From the NCBI GenBank assembly GCA_043777275.1, contig JAYVQD010000074.1, positions 1 through 37,094 of the forward strand: a stretch of 37,094 nucleotides of DNA, read 5' to 3'. Position numbers and translations under genes: made by a program. Source of the DNA: Nitrosomonadales bacterium. GTDB lineage: Bacteria > Pseudomonadota > Gammaproteobacteria > Burkholderiales > SG8-41. Below the pieces are notes generated by a model. That model did not search any database and had not been told where the DNA came from. It saw only the letters and a program-made list of their open reading frames with translations. Position 1 is the first letter of the stretch; each line of letters opens with the position of its first letter. Shown one piece after another: positions 1 through 9,222 of this stretch.

Positions 1-120
1 ATCGAGGCGCAGCTCGCGAAGCTCCAGCAAATGCCACACCTTGTCCGCTCATTCTTCAAAGCTCCTTCTGTCGCCTATGTTGGCGACTGCTGAGTAATAC
101 TGTTATTCAACCCGCTACTA
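1..120 (+). mobile_element. Right end of a probable IS630-family insertion sequence (transposase C-terminus 1..93 plus ~27 nt to a terminal TA)
   Basis: Frame 1 reads IEAQLAKLQQMPHLVRSFFKAPSVAYVGDC* (TGA 91-93), resembling the L..LQ..P..VRSFF..P.V.Y C-terminus typical of IS630 transposases. The short tail ends in TA at 119-120, the IS630 target dinucleotide. Truncated by the window edge. Confidence 0.65.
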
Positions 121-141
121 ACGTCAATGAAAGGATTTCCC

Positions 142-525
142 GTGAAACTGATTTCTCTCTTCGCAGCACTGATGTTTTCGATGACAGGCGCGGCCATTGC
201 CGCGGACAAGCACGGTTACCCCGATGACCACAAACCGCTGTATGGCGGCGTGGTGGTCGAAGGCAAGGAAATGGATTACGAGCTGGTGGCCAAGCCGGAC
301 ACCCTGCGACTATATCTGCGCGACCATGGCAAACCCAAGTCGGTCGATAAGGTCACCGCAAAGATCACCTTGCTCGCCGGCACCGAAAAGCAGGACGTGG
401 AACTGAAGCCCGCCGGCGACAAGCTCGAAGCCAAGGGCAGTTTCAAGGTTGCGCCCGGCACGAAAGCGGTGGCCCTCGTTAACGTCGACGGTAAATCCTT
501 GACGGCGCGCTTTGTATTGAAATAA
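142..525 (+). CDS. Small exported protein of the type usually found beside heavy-metal RND efflux operons (putative periplasmic metal-binding protein)
   Basis: GTG at 142 follows AAAGGA (in-frame ATG at 127 is the alternative start). Signal peptide ending AIA-A, then HGYPDDHKPLYGGVV...YELVAK...LYLRDHGKP and C-terminal ARFVLK. Confidence 0.7.
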   Translation: MKLISLFAALMFSMTGAAIAADKHGYPDDHKPLYGGVVVEGKEMDYELVAKPDTLRLYLRDHGKPKSVDKVTAKITLLAGTEKQDVELKPAGDKLEAKGSFKVAPGTKAVALVNVDGKSLTARFVLK

Positions 526-588
526 GGTCACGACAGGGAAGGCACGATCAACCGATTAACAACGCCCAATATGCGGCATGAATGCGGC

Positions 589-1560
589 ATGATAAAAATT
601 CGCCGTGATTTTCTGGTTGTGTGCGCCGCGATTGGCGTGTGCGCGCCCGCAACTGCCCAAAATTATCCAGTGCAACCCATACGCGCGGTGGTGGGCTACG
701 CCGCAGGCGGCGGCGCCGACGGCATGATCCGCGCGATCTCGAACGAGTTATCCGAGGCGCTGGGCCAGCCGGTGATTATCGATAACCGGCCCGGCGGCGG
801 TACGGTGATCGCTACGCAGATCGTCGCCCAGAGCAAGCCCGACGGCTACACGGTGTACGTTGCTGATCCCGCGCTGATCTTTAACCCTTACCTGCTGCCC
901 AAGGTGCCGTACGACGCGGTGCGCGATTTTGCGCCGGTGGTGGCAGTGACGGTATCGAGCAGTTCCATGCTGGTGGTGCATCCGTCGTTTCCGGCCAGGA
1001 GCATCAAGGAGCTGGTGGCGATGGCGCGCGCGCAGCCGGGCAAGTTGAATTATGCGTCGGGGGGGAACGGCACGCTGCCGCATATTCTCACCGAGATGAT
1101 GAAGTACGAGGCGAAAATTGATCTTGCGCATGTGCCGTACAAAAGCACGGGGCTGGCGATTTATGCCGCCACCGCGGGCGAAGTGCCCATTGCCGCCGGC
1201 GGACTGTTTGCGGTGAAAGGGTTGGCCGATACCGGCAAGCTGCGTGCGCTGGCGATTGCGAGTGCGAAACGCAGCCCGCTGATGCCGCAGGTGCCGACGT
1301 TTGCGGAAAGCGGCTGGCCGATGATCGACGGCGCGAGTTATCGCGGGCTTATCGTGCCGGCGGCCACGCCGCGCGAAGCGATTTTGAGATTGAACGCCGC
1401 CACCAACAAGGTGCTGCAAATAGCGGCGGTGCGCAAACGATTTACCGATACCGACGGCGACGTGCTCGGCGGCACGCCGGAGGAATACGGCAAAATCATT
1501 CGCGCGGAGTTGGATAAATGGGGCAAGGTGATACGCAATGCCGGGATTAAAGTGGAGTAG
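589..1560 (+). CDS. Bug/TctC family tripartite tricarboxylate transporter substrate-binding protein
   Basis: YPVQPIRAVVGYAAGGGAD, DNRPGGG, PDGYT, YASGGNG, HVPYK motifs. Start may be 571 or 589. Confidence 0.93.
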   Translation: MIKIRRDFLVVCAAIGVCAPATAQNYPVQPIRAVVGYAAGGGADGMIRAISNELSEALGQPVIIDNRPGGGTVIATQIVAQSKPDGYTVYVADPALIFNPYLLPKVPYDAVRDFAPVVAVTVSSSSMLVVHPSFPARSIKELVAMARAQPGKLNYASGGNGTLPHILTEMMKYEAKIDLAHVPYKSTGLAIYAATAGEVPIAAGGLFAVKGLADTGKLRALAIASAKRSPLMPQVPTFAESGWPMIDGASYRGLIVPAATPREAILRLNAATNKVLQIAAVRKRFTDTDGDVLGGTPEEYGKIIRAELDKWGKVIRNAGIKVE

Positions 1561-1597
1561 CTTTGTTAATGCAATGATTTCGTAAATAATTATTTAA

Positions 1598-1610
1598 AAA
1601 CAAGTATTTA
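1598..1610 (+). promoter_or_regulatory. IHF-like box AAACAAGTATTTA
   Basis: One mismatch to WATCAANNNNTTR, with an upstream A/T tract. One of five near-identical copies. Confidence 0.45.
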
Positions 1611-1648
1611 CGGAATATTTTCTATCGGCGGTCTGATGCAGGGCGGCG

Positions 1649-1654
1649 TATAAT
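1649..1654 (+). promoter_or_regulatory. Consensus -10 box (TATAAT) 7 nt upstream of the ygiQ ATG
   Basis: GGCGTATAATGCGCGCCATG; no Shine-Dalgarno between the box and ATG 1662. Confidence 0.55.
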
Positions 1655-1661
1655 GCGCGCC

Positions 1662-3887
1662 ATGAAAACCGCTCTGCAAAACCTTGCCGGCAGTGTGCCG
1701 GACACACCCAAAGATATTTTCAGCCACCGCAAATATTGGGCGGCGCGTTTCGGCACGGCGCCGTATCTGCCGATGTCGCGCGCGGAAATGGAAGCGCTGG
1801 GTTGGGACGAGTGCGACATCATCATCGTTACCGGTGATGCGTATGTCGATCATCCGAGTTTCGGCATGGCGATTGTTGGCCGGTTGCTTGAAGCGCAGGG
1901 TTTTCGCGTCGGCATTATCGCGCAGCCCGATTGGCAAAGTGCCGATGCGTTCAAGGTGTTGGGCAAACCCAAACTGTTTTTCGGCGTCACCGCCGGCAAC
2001 ATGGATTCGATGGTCAATCGCTACACCGCCGACCGGCGGTTGCGCAGCGACGACGCCTACACGCCCGAGGCCGAAGGCGGCAAGCGTCCCGACCGCTCGG
2101 TGATCGTTTACAGCCAGCGCGCGCGCGAAGCGTATACCGATGTGCCGATTATCATCGGCGGCATTGAGGCGAGCTTGCGGCGCATCGCGCATTTTGATTA
2201 CTGGTCGGAGAAAGTGCGCCGCTCGGTGCTGATTGATGCCAAGGCCGACATGCTGGTCTACGGCAACGCCGAGCGCGCGATTGTTGATATTGCGCATCGC
2301 ATCGCGGCAGGAAAAAAGCCTTCCGAGATCACTGACATTCGCGGCACGTCGTTAGTGCGTGCAGCGGTGCCGGAAGGCTGGATTGAGATTGATTCGACGC
2401 GGATTGATTTGCCGGGGGCGCTGAATCCGCCGGTGGATCCTTATGCGAGCGAAGCGCAGAAGATGACGCAAGCAGCAGCAGCAGCAACCACCAGCAGCGG
2501 CGCGCAGGTGGTGCGCTTCATCCGCGAAGTCAAAAACGTCGATCGCGCCCGCAGCGTGATCCGCATGCCGTCGTTCGACGCGGTGGCGGGCGATCCGGTG
2601 CTCTACGCCCACGCCTCGCGCATCCTGCACGTCGAAGCCAACCCCGGCAACGCGCGCGCGCTGGTGCAGCGCCACGGCCAGCGCGACGTGTGGATCAACC
2701 CGCCGCCGATTCCGTTGACCATGAGCGAGATGGACGGGGTTTACGAACTGCCGTATGCGCGGCTGCCGCATCCGAGTTACGGCAAGGCGAAAATTCCCGC
2801 CTACGAGATGATCCGTTTTTCAGTGACCATCCAGCGCGGCTGCTTTGGCGGCTGCACCTTTTGTTCGATCACCGAACACGAAGGCCGCATCATCCAGAAT
2901 CGCTCCACCGATTCGATCATCAGCGAAATCGAAACCATCCGCGACACCGTGCCGGGCTTTACCGGCGTAATCTCCGACTTGGGCGGGCCGACGGCGAACA
3001 TGTATCGCCTCGCGTGCAAAAGCAAAACCATCGAATCAGCGTGTCGCCGCCCGTCGTGCGTGTTTCCCGGCATCTGCCCCAATCTGAACACCGATCACAC
3101 GCCGCTGATCGATATGTATCGTCGCGCACGCGCGTTGCCGGGCGTAAAAAAAGTGCTGATTGCCTCTGGCGTGCGCTACGACCTCGCCGCCGAATCGCCG
3201 GAGTATGTGAAAGAACTCGCGCAGCATCACGTCGGTGGTTATCTGAAAATCGCGCCCGAAGCCATCGGCGAAGGCCCGCTCTCCAAAATGATGAAGCCCG
3301 GCGTGGGCACCTATTACAAATTCAAAGAGTTGTTCGACAAATACTCCAAAGAGGCGGGCAAGGAGCAATACCTGATCCCGTATTTCATCGCGGCGCATCC
3401 GGGCACCACCGACGAAGACATGCTCGAACTTGCGGTGTGGCTAAAAACAAACGGTTTTCGCGCCGATCAGGTGCAGGCGTTTTTGCCCTCACCCATGGCC
3501 ACCGCCACCGCGATGTATCACTCCGGCAAAAACCCGCTGCGTAAAGTCACGCGCGACAGCGAAGACGTGATTATCCCCAAGGGTTTGAAGGTGCGCCGTT
3601 TGCACAAGGCGTTTTTGCGCTACCACGACGCCGAGAACTGGCCGACCATCCGCGACGCGCTAAAGCGCATGGGCCGTGACGATTTGATCGGCCCCAGCAA
3701 GCGCCACCTGGTGCCCGCCTATCAACCCATCGGCACCGGCAAACAGCCCGAAGGCGCGCGGCGGCCCGATAAGTATAAAAAGTATCAAGTGGCGCGCACG
3801 CAGCACACCGGCTTGCCGCCCGCGCCGGTAGCGACGGACAAAAAAATCCGCAGGCCCGCAGCCAAGTCACCGCGCGCCGGTCGCTGA
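1662..3887 (+). CDS. ygiQ: YgiQ family radical SAM protein (UPF0313)
   Basis: [46 protein letters not shown] (CxxxCxxC), [20 protein letters not shown]. Confidence 0.95.
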   Translation: MKTALQNLAGSVPDTPKDIFSHRKYWAARFGTAPYLPMSRAEMEALGWDECDIIIVTGDAYVDHPSFGMAIVGRLLEAQGFRVGIIAQPDWQSADAFKVLGKPKLFFGVTAGNMDSMVNRYTADRRLRSDDAYTPEAEGGKRPDRSVIVYSQRAREAYTDVPIIIGGIEASLRRIAHFDYWSEKVRRSVLIDAKADMLVYGNAERAIVDIAHRIAAGKKPSEITDIRGTSLVRAAVPEGWIEIDSTRIDLPGALNPPVDPYASEAQKMTQAAAAATTSSGAQVVRFIREVKNVDRARSVIRMPSFDAVAGDPVLYAHASRILHVEANPGNARALVQRHGQRDVWINPPPIPLTMSEMDGVYELPYARLPHPSYGKAKIPAYEMIRFSVTIQRGCFGGCTFCSITEHEGRIIQNRSTDSIISEIETIRDTVPGFTGVISDLGGPTANMYRLACKSKTIESACRRPSCVFPGICPNLNTDHTPLIDMYRRARALPGVKKVLIASGVRYDLAAESPEYVKELAQHHVGGYLKIAPEAIGEGPLSKMMKPGVGTYYKFKELFDKYSKEAGKEQYLIPYFIAAHPGTTDEDMLELAVWLKTNGFRADQVQAFLPSPMATATAMYHSGKNPLRKVTRDSEDVIIPKGLKVRRLHKAFLRYHDAENWPTIRDALKRMGRDDLIGPSKRHLVPAYQPIGTGKQPEGARRPDKYKKYQVARTQHTGLPPAPVATDKKIRRPAAKSPRAGR

Positions 3888-3912
3888 TCCACGGCACAGG
3901 TGTGCGACGGAG

Positions 3913-4605
3913 TTACGCGCCCTGCGCCACCGCAGCAACCTCACGCTCACGCCACGCTTTCATCGTGGACATCACCAGAAAATCCAGCAGGCAGTAAAAC
4001 ACGCCTGCCGCCAGCGGTGGATTGGTGGTGGTGAGGTCGAGCCACGGCACCACCGGGCGCCACACCCAGTTGCCGAGCCAAGTGCCGTAGATTTCCATGG
4101 TGAGTGAGAGCGCGAACATCACCGCGTAGAGTTTGCGCGCGTGGCTGAACGTCATGCACAGGATCAGCACCGCAAACAGCAATAGCCCGAAGGTATCGAT
4201 GCCGGTGAATGCCAGCAGCAGCACAAACGGCGCGGATGCCAGTGGCACGAACCAGGTGATCCAGTCGCGCAGGCGTCCGGCGATGATGATGCCGAGCATC
4301 AGCAGCAACGCGTGGCCCGGCGGCACGAACGCGGGAATGTTTTCCAGCCGGTAGTCGTACATGCCCCACACCAGCGACAAAAAACATTCGCCGAGCGTGG
4401 CGTACACCACGCACGCGGTGAGCATCACGCGCTCTTCGGTATCGCCCTGAAATCCCCAATGCAGCAATATCAGCCACAGGGTAAGACTGGTCAGCGTTTG
4501 TCCCCAGAACGGCACGAGCTGATCGAAGGCGAGGCCGGCGACGATCAAGCCGCAGATCACGGTGGCGCGCAGGTTGTCGCGTGTGTTTCGGGTTTCGATA
4601 AGCAT
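3913..4605 (-). CDS. Conserved hypothetical multi-pass membrane protein
   Basis: Likely start MLIETRN (ATG at 4605). About 7 hydrophobic segments with YRLENIPAFVPPGH and EIYGTWLGNWVW...NPP motifs. Confidence 0.75.
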   Translation of the reverse strand: MLIETRNTRDNLRATVICGLIVAGLAFDQLVPFWGQTLTSLTLWLILLHWGFQGDTEERVMLTACVVYATLGECFLSLVWGMYDYRLENIPAFVPPGHALLLMLGIIIAGRLRDWITWFVPLASAPFVLLLAFTGIDTFGLLLFAVLILCMTFSHARKLYAVMFALSLTMEIYGTWLGNWVWRPVVPWLDLTTTNPPLAAGVFYCLLDFLVMSTMKAWREREVAAVAQGA

Positions 4606-4690
4606 GGCAGGGTGCGATAATAACAAAGCGGTCGGGCGCAGTCCCGGCCTTTCATTACTTCGCAACACTTTCAAACCAAACGGAGTCACC

Positions 4691-5665
4691 ATGAAAACCT
4701 GCTGGATCAAATCAGACGCTACCTCCGCCGTACTCGAATACAAAGACATGCCGGTTCCCGAACCCAAGGCGGGCGAGGTGGTGCTGCGCAATTACGGCTC
4801 ATCGCTCAATCGCGGCGAGCTTATCGTCGGCAGCGTGGTGCATGGCGGGCCGTTGAAACTCGGCGGCGGCGACGGCGCGGGCGTGGTGCATGCCGTGGGC
4901 GCGGGCGTCACCCAATTCAAAGTGGGCGACAAAGTGTATGGGCGCGTGATGGGCGGCTGGGCCGAATATTGCGCCGCGCGCGCTGAGCAACTGATGCCGA
5001 TGCCGGAGCGGCTCACGTGGGAGCAGGCGGCGTCCGTGGGCGTGGCGTTTCTCACCGCGTATGAACTGATTTTCGCGCCCTACGGCAAACTGAAAAAAGG
5101 CGAAACACTGCTGGTGGCGGGCGCATCGTCCGGCGTGGGCGTGGCGGCAGTGCAAATCGGCAAGGCGCTGGGCTGCACCGTGATCGGCACCTCGGGTTCC
5201 GCCGACAAACTGGCGAAATTAAAGGCGCTGGGCATGGATCACGGCATCCAGACGCGCAAGCCCGATTTTGCCGCCAAGGTCAAAGAACTCACCGGCGGCA
5301 AGGGTGTCGATCTCGCGATCAACCTGGTCGGCGGCTCGATATTTCCTGAACTCATCCGCTCGCTCGCGCGCAAAGGCCGCATCGGCATCGTCGGCTACGT
5401 CGATGGCGTGTTGAAGGCCGAGATCGACCTCACCGCGCTGCACGCGAATCGCTTCGAGGTGTATGGCATTTCCAACAGCAAGGCCACCGTGGAAGAAAAA
5501 GCCGAGGCCATGCGCTGCTTTGTTCGCGACGTGGCGCCGATGTTAAACGACGGGCGCATCACGCCGGTGGTGGACAAGGTGTTTGCGTTTGATGATTTGC
5601 CGGCGGCGAAGCAGTATGTCGAGTCGGACGCGATGATGGGGAAGGTGGTGGTGCGGGTGCAGTAA
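4691..5665 (+). CDS. MDR superfamily NAD(P)H:quinone oxidoreductase-like (zinc-binding dehydrogenase family) protein
   Basis: GGAG RBS before ATG 4691. P.PKAGEV, GDGAGVV, AGASSGVG nucleotide-binding motif, C-terminal GKVVV. Confidence 0.9.
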   Translation: MKTCWIKSDATSAVLEYKDMPVPEPKAGEVVLRNYGSSLNRGELIVGSVVHGGPLKLGGGDGAGVVHAVGAGVTQFKVGDKVYGRVMGGWAEYCAARAEQLMPMPERLTWEQAASVGVAFLTAYELIFAPYGKLKKGETLLVAGASSGVGVAAVQIGKALGCTVIGTSGSADKLAKLKALGMDHGIQTRKPDFAAKVKELTGGKGVDLAINLVGGSIFPELIRSLARKGRIGIVGYVDGVLKAEIDLTALHANRFEVYGISNSKATVEEKAEAMRCFVRDVAPMLNDGRITPVVDKVFAFDDLPAAKQYVESDAMMGKVVVRVQ

Positions 5666-5705
5666 GTAAAATAGTTCGTCGTTGTCTTCCTATCCGGAGT
5701 GTCCC

Positions 5706-6710
5706 ATGTCGTGTCGCAGGTTAAGCAGGATCGCCGTGGTGTTGCCGTTAGCGTGCTTCGTGACGAACGCAGCCTCACAGCACGACGCAAAAGCCGCCGC
5801 CGCCACGGCCGCGGATTACCCGCGTAAACCCATCCGCATCATCATCGGCTTTACGCCTGGCGGCGGCCCGGACATTACCGCGCGCTACCTTGCGCAAAAA
5901 CTTACCGAGTCGTTAAAGCAGCAGGTGATCGTGGATAACCGTCCCGGCGCGGGCGGCACTGTCGGCGCGAATCTGGTGGCGACCGCGAACCCCGATGGCT
6001 ACACGCTGCTGTCGGTGTCGTCGGCGCACGCGGTGAGCCCGGCCATCTATGCAAAACTGCCTTACGATACGGTCAAGGATTTGTCGGGCATCACGCAGAC
6101 TGCGGTGTCGAAGTATTTGCTGGTGGCCGCGCCTTCGCTGGGCGCTAAAACGCTGAAAGATTTCCTCGCGGCGGCGAAAGCCAAGCCGGGAAACCTTAAT
6201 TTCTCGTCGGCAGGCGTGGGCAGCGGTTCGCATTTCGCCGCCGAGCAGTTCAAGGCCGCAGCGGCGATCAACATGGTGCATGTGCCGTTCAAGGGCATAC
6301 CCGAAGCACTGACGGAGACCATCAGCGGGCGCGTGCATCTGTTTATGGCGCCGATCGCCAACGCGCTGAATATGGTGAAAGAAGGCCGGGTCATTGGATT
6401 GGGCGTGTCGTCGTCGCAACGCGATGCGCTGCTGCCCGACATGCCATCGCTGGCGGAAGCGGGGCTGCCGGGATTTCGCGCGGATTTGTGGTTTGGCCTG
6501 CTTACGTCGTCGCAAGCGCCGAAATCCATCGTGAACAAACTCAATGGTGAAATTCGCCGCATACTCAGCGACACCGACGTGAAGCAGCGCTGGCAGCCCA
6601 TCGGCTTGGAGCCGAAGCCGACCACACCGGGCGAGTTCGACAAAATTGTTATGGATGAAATCGCCGTGTTCTCCAAAATCGCGCGCGCCGCCAACATCAA
6701 GGCAGATTAA
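5706..6710 (+). CDS. Bug/TctC family substrate-binding protein
   Basis: YPRKPIRIIIGFTPGGGPD, DNRPGAGG, PDGYTLL, SSAGVGSGSH, HVPFKG. Confidence 0.93.
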   Translation: MSCRRLSRIAVVLPLACFVTNAASQHDAKAAAATAADYPRKPIRIIIGFTPGGGPDITARYLAQKLTESLKQQVIVDNRPGAGGTVGANLVATANPDGYTLLSVSSAHAVSPAIYAKLPYDTVKDLSGITQTAVSKYLLVAAPSLGAKTLKDFLAAAKAKPGNLNFSSAGVGSGSHFAAEQFKAAAAINMVHVPFKGIPEALTETISGRVHLFMAPIANALNMVKEGRVIGLGVSSSQRDALLPDMPSLAEAGLPGFRADLWFGLLTSSQAPKSIVNKLNGEIRRILSDTDVKQRWQPIGLEPKPTTPGEFDKIVMDEIAVFSKIARAANIKAD

Positions 6711-6714
6711 TCCC

Positions 6715-7572
6715 ATGACCGTGCGCACCTTGCAGCAGGTGATTCCATCCGTGCCCACCTCGGATGGCGCGGGCGTCAAACTGCGCCGCAGTCTCGGCAG
6801 TCAGCGCGGGTTAACCGTAGACCCGTTCCTGATGCTCGACGAATTTTCGACCGACAACCCGGACGACTACATCGCGGGTTTTCCGTCGCATCCGCATCGC
6901 GGTTTCGAGACCGTGACCTACATGCTCGATGGTCATCTGTTGCACGAAGACCACATGGGCAATCGTGGCGATTTAAAAAGCGGCGGCGCGCAGTGGATGA
7001 CCGCAGGGCGCGGCATTATTCACTCTGAAATGCCGCAGCAAACCGAAGGCCGCATGCGCGGGTTTCAGTTGTGGGTCAATTTACCGGCGAACGAAAAGAT
7101 GAAACCGGCGTGGTACCGCGATATCGAGCCGCACGAGATTCCGCAGGTAACGCTGGCCGAAGGCGGCACCGCAAAGATCATCGCCGGCTCGATCAATGTG
7201 GCGGGCGTGGTGACGGACGGCGTGATTACCGGCCACACTACCGACCCTTTGTATCTCGATGTTGATCTGCCTAACGGTTCACCGTTTCATTATTATATTC
7301 GCGACGATTACAGCGCGTTCATTTACCTCTACGAAGGCGCGTTGCAAGTGGGCGCCGCAAACAACGCCCGCGCGCTGAAATCGCAATGCGGCGGCGTGTT
7401 GTCAGCGGGCGATCAGATCACCGTAACCGCCGACAACGGCGCGGCGCGATTTTTGTTGATCGCGGGCAAGCCGATCAAAGAGCCGGTGGTGCAATACGGC
7501 CCCTTTGTGATGAACACGCGTGACGAAGTGGAACAAGCCGTGCGCGACTACCAAAACGGAACCCTCACTTGA
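6715..7572 (+). CDS. Pirin family protein
   Basis: DPFLMLDEF, GFPSHPHRGFETVTY, QWMTAGRGIIHSEMP, QLWVNLP, YGPFVMNT. Confidence 0.95.
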   Translation: MTVRTLQQVIPSVPTSDGAGVKLRRSLGSQRGLTVDPFLMLDEFSTDNPDDYIAGFPSHPHRGFETVTYMLDGHLLHEDHMGNRGDLKSGGAQWMTAGRGIIHSEMPQQTEGRMRGFQLWVNLPANEKMKPAWYRDIEPHEIPQVTLAEGGTAKIIAGSINVAGVVTDGVITGHTTDPLYLDVDLPNGSPFHYYIRDDYSAFIYLYEGALQVGAANNARALKSQCGGVLSAGDQITVTADNGAARFLLIAGKPIKEPVVQYGPFVMNTRDEVEQAVRDYQNGTLT

Positions 7573-7594
7573 GTCTCACTTGAGTTATCCCCGC

Positions 7595-9178
7595 ATGAAC
7601 CCGCAAACCCTCACCGAATTACTCGCGCGCCGCGTGGCGTTGGGCGGCGTTGCCATTATTGACCGCGACACGCCCATCACCGCCGCCGCGCTGGAAGACG
7701 AAAGCCGCCGCGTGGCGCAAGGCCTGCACGATCTGGGCGTGCGCGAGGGTGACCGCGTGGCGCTGTGGCTGCCGAATGTGCCGGCGTGGCTGGCGGCTTT
7801 TTTTGCGTGCGCGCGATTGGGCGCGATCGTGGTGGCGGTCAACACGCGCTTTCGTTCGAGCGAAGTGGCCGATATCGTCGGGCGCTCGGGTGCAACCGTG
7901 CTGGTGTATTGGCCAGGATATCGCGGCATTGATTTCGAGGGCATCCTGAATGATGCGGGTGCCGGTGCGCCGGATGCGCTCAAGGGGTTGTCGGCTATCG
8001 TCGCTTATGACGAAGACGCCGCGCCGCCGGTGACACGCATGGTGCTCGGCCACAAAGTAAAACCATATCGCGATCTTGCGGCCAGCGCGCCGTACGCGCA
8101 CGATCACGCGCGCCCCGATCTGGGCTGCCTGATATTCACTACTTCCGGCACCACCAAGCTGCCGAAGTTTGTGTTGCACCATCAGGCGTCCATCGCCAGC
8201 CACGCGGCGGAAGCGGCGCGCGGCTTCGGTTTCGATGCGCTGGGCGTGTGCGCGCTGCTGACGGTGCCGATGTGCGGCACCTATGGCATGAGCAACGCGC
8301 TGATGCCGCTGGCGGCGGGCCGTCCGCTGGTCATGATGACGACGTTCGAGGTGCAGGAAGCCGCACGCGCGATACGCAGGCATCAGGTGACGCATTTTGC
8401 GGCGAGCGGCGACATCGTGGCGCAACTGCGCGAAGCGTCTGCCGATCCGATCCCGTACCCCAGCGTGCGTATGGTGTTAGGTGCGCGACTGGGGCAAGCC
8501 GCACCCGCACAGGCGCGAGGGCTGACGCTGGTCGGCCTTTACGGTTCAAGCGAAATGCAGGCGGTGCTGTCGCGCCAGCCGCTGGACGCGACACCGGCGC
8601 AGCGCGAAGTCGGCGGCGGCAAACTGGTGACGGCGGCCACGCAGGTGCGCGCCCGCCACACCGAAACCGGCAGCCTCCTGCCGCACGGCGAACAGGGCGA
8701 GCTGGAATTCAAAGGCCCGAGCTGCATGATGGGCTATTACGGCAACCCCGATGCGACGAAAGCAGCTTTCACCGAAGATGGTTTTTTCAAAAGCGGTGAT
8801 CTGGGTTACACCGTCAGTGAGAACGATTACGTGTTCCTGTCGCGCATCGGTGATGTGCTGCGGCTGTCGGGCTTTTTGGTGAACCCGCTGGAAATCGAAG
8901 CCGTGCTCGACGCGCATCCGTCGGTGGCGGTGAGCCAGGTGGTCGGTATCGACGGCCCGCGCGGGCCGCTGCCGGTGGCGTTTGTGTTGCCGCACAACGG
9001 TCATGCGGTCGATGAAGCCGCGCTCATCGCACACTGCAAAAAACAAATCGCCAGCTACAAAGTGCCGCACCACGTGCTGCACATTGATGCGTTTCCGTTT
9101 ACGCCGAGCGCGAACGGGAACAAAATACAAAAGGCCAAGCTGCGTGACATGGCTGTGGCGGCGCTGCACGAGAAATGA
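7595..9178 (+). CDS. AMP-binding enzyme (acyl-CoA synthetase/ligase)
   Basis: FTTSGTTKLPK, LYGSSE, GYYGNP, FKSGDLG, C-terminal NGNKIQK. Confidence 0.92.
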   Translation: MNPQTLTELLARRVALGGVAIIDRDTPITAAALEDESRRVAQGLHDLGVREGDRVALWLPNVPAWLAAFFACARLGAIVVAVNTRFRSSEVADIVGRSGATVLVYWPGYRGIDFEGILNDAGAGAPDALKGLSAIVAYDEDAAPPVTRMVLGHKVKPYRDLAASAPYAHDHARPDLGCLIFTTSGTTKLPKFVLHHQASIASHAAEAARGFGFDALGVCALLTVPMCGTYGMSNALMPLAAGRPLVMMTTFEVQEAARAIRRHQVTHFAASGDIVAQLREASADPIPYPSVRMVLGARLGQAAPAQARGLTLVGLYGSSEMQAVLSRQPLDATPAQREVGGGKLVTAATQVRARHTETGSLLPHGEQGELEFKGPSCMMGYYGNPDATKAAFTEDGFFKSGDLGYTVSENDYVFLSRIGDVLRLSGFLVNPLEIEAVLDAHPSVAVSQVVGIDGPRGPLPVAFVLPHNGHAVDEAALIAHCKKQIASYKVPHHVLHIDAFPFTPSANGNKIQKAKLRDMAVAALHEK

Positions 9179-9180
9179 TA

Positions 9181-9193
9181 TAAGTATTTGTTT
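9181..9193 (-). promoter_or_regulatory. IHF-like box AAACAAATACTTA (minus strand)
   Basis: TAAGTATTTGTTT on the plus strand, in the AT-rich spacer before the amidohydrolase gene. Confidence 0.45.
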
Positions 9194-9222
9194 TTAAACA
9201 ATAATATTATAGAGGGGACATC

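Noticed and set aside
1620-1670. Stable-RNA-like promoter suggesting a tRNA gene
   Set aside because: No cloverleaf, T-loop GTTCGA or CCA end follows; the sequence runs directly into the ygiQ coding region.
2472-2498. (GCA)n run inside ygiQ
   Set aside because: In-frame poly-Ala/Thr/Ser linker in a variable loop; no frameshift potential.
4562-4791. Apparent overlap of divergent ORFs 3913..4791 and 4562..5665
   Set aside because: Artefact of longest-ORF calling; the plausible starts (4605 and 4691) leave an 85-nt divergent spacer.
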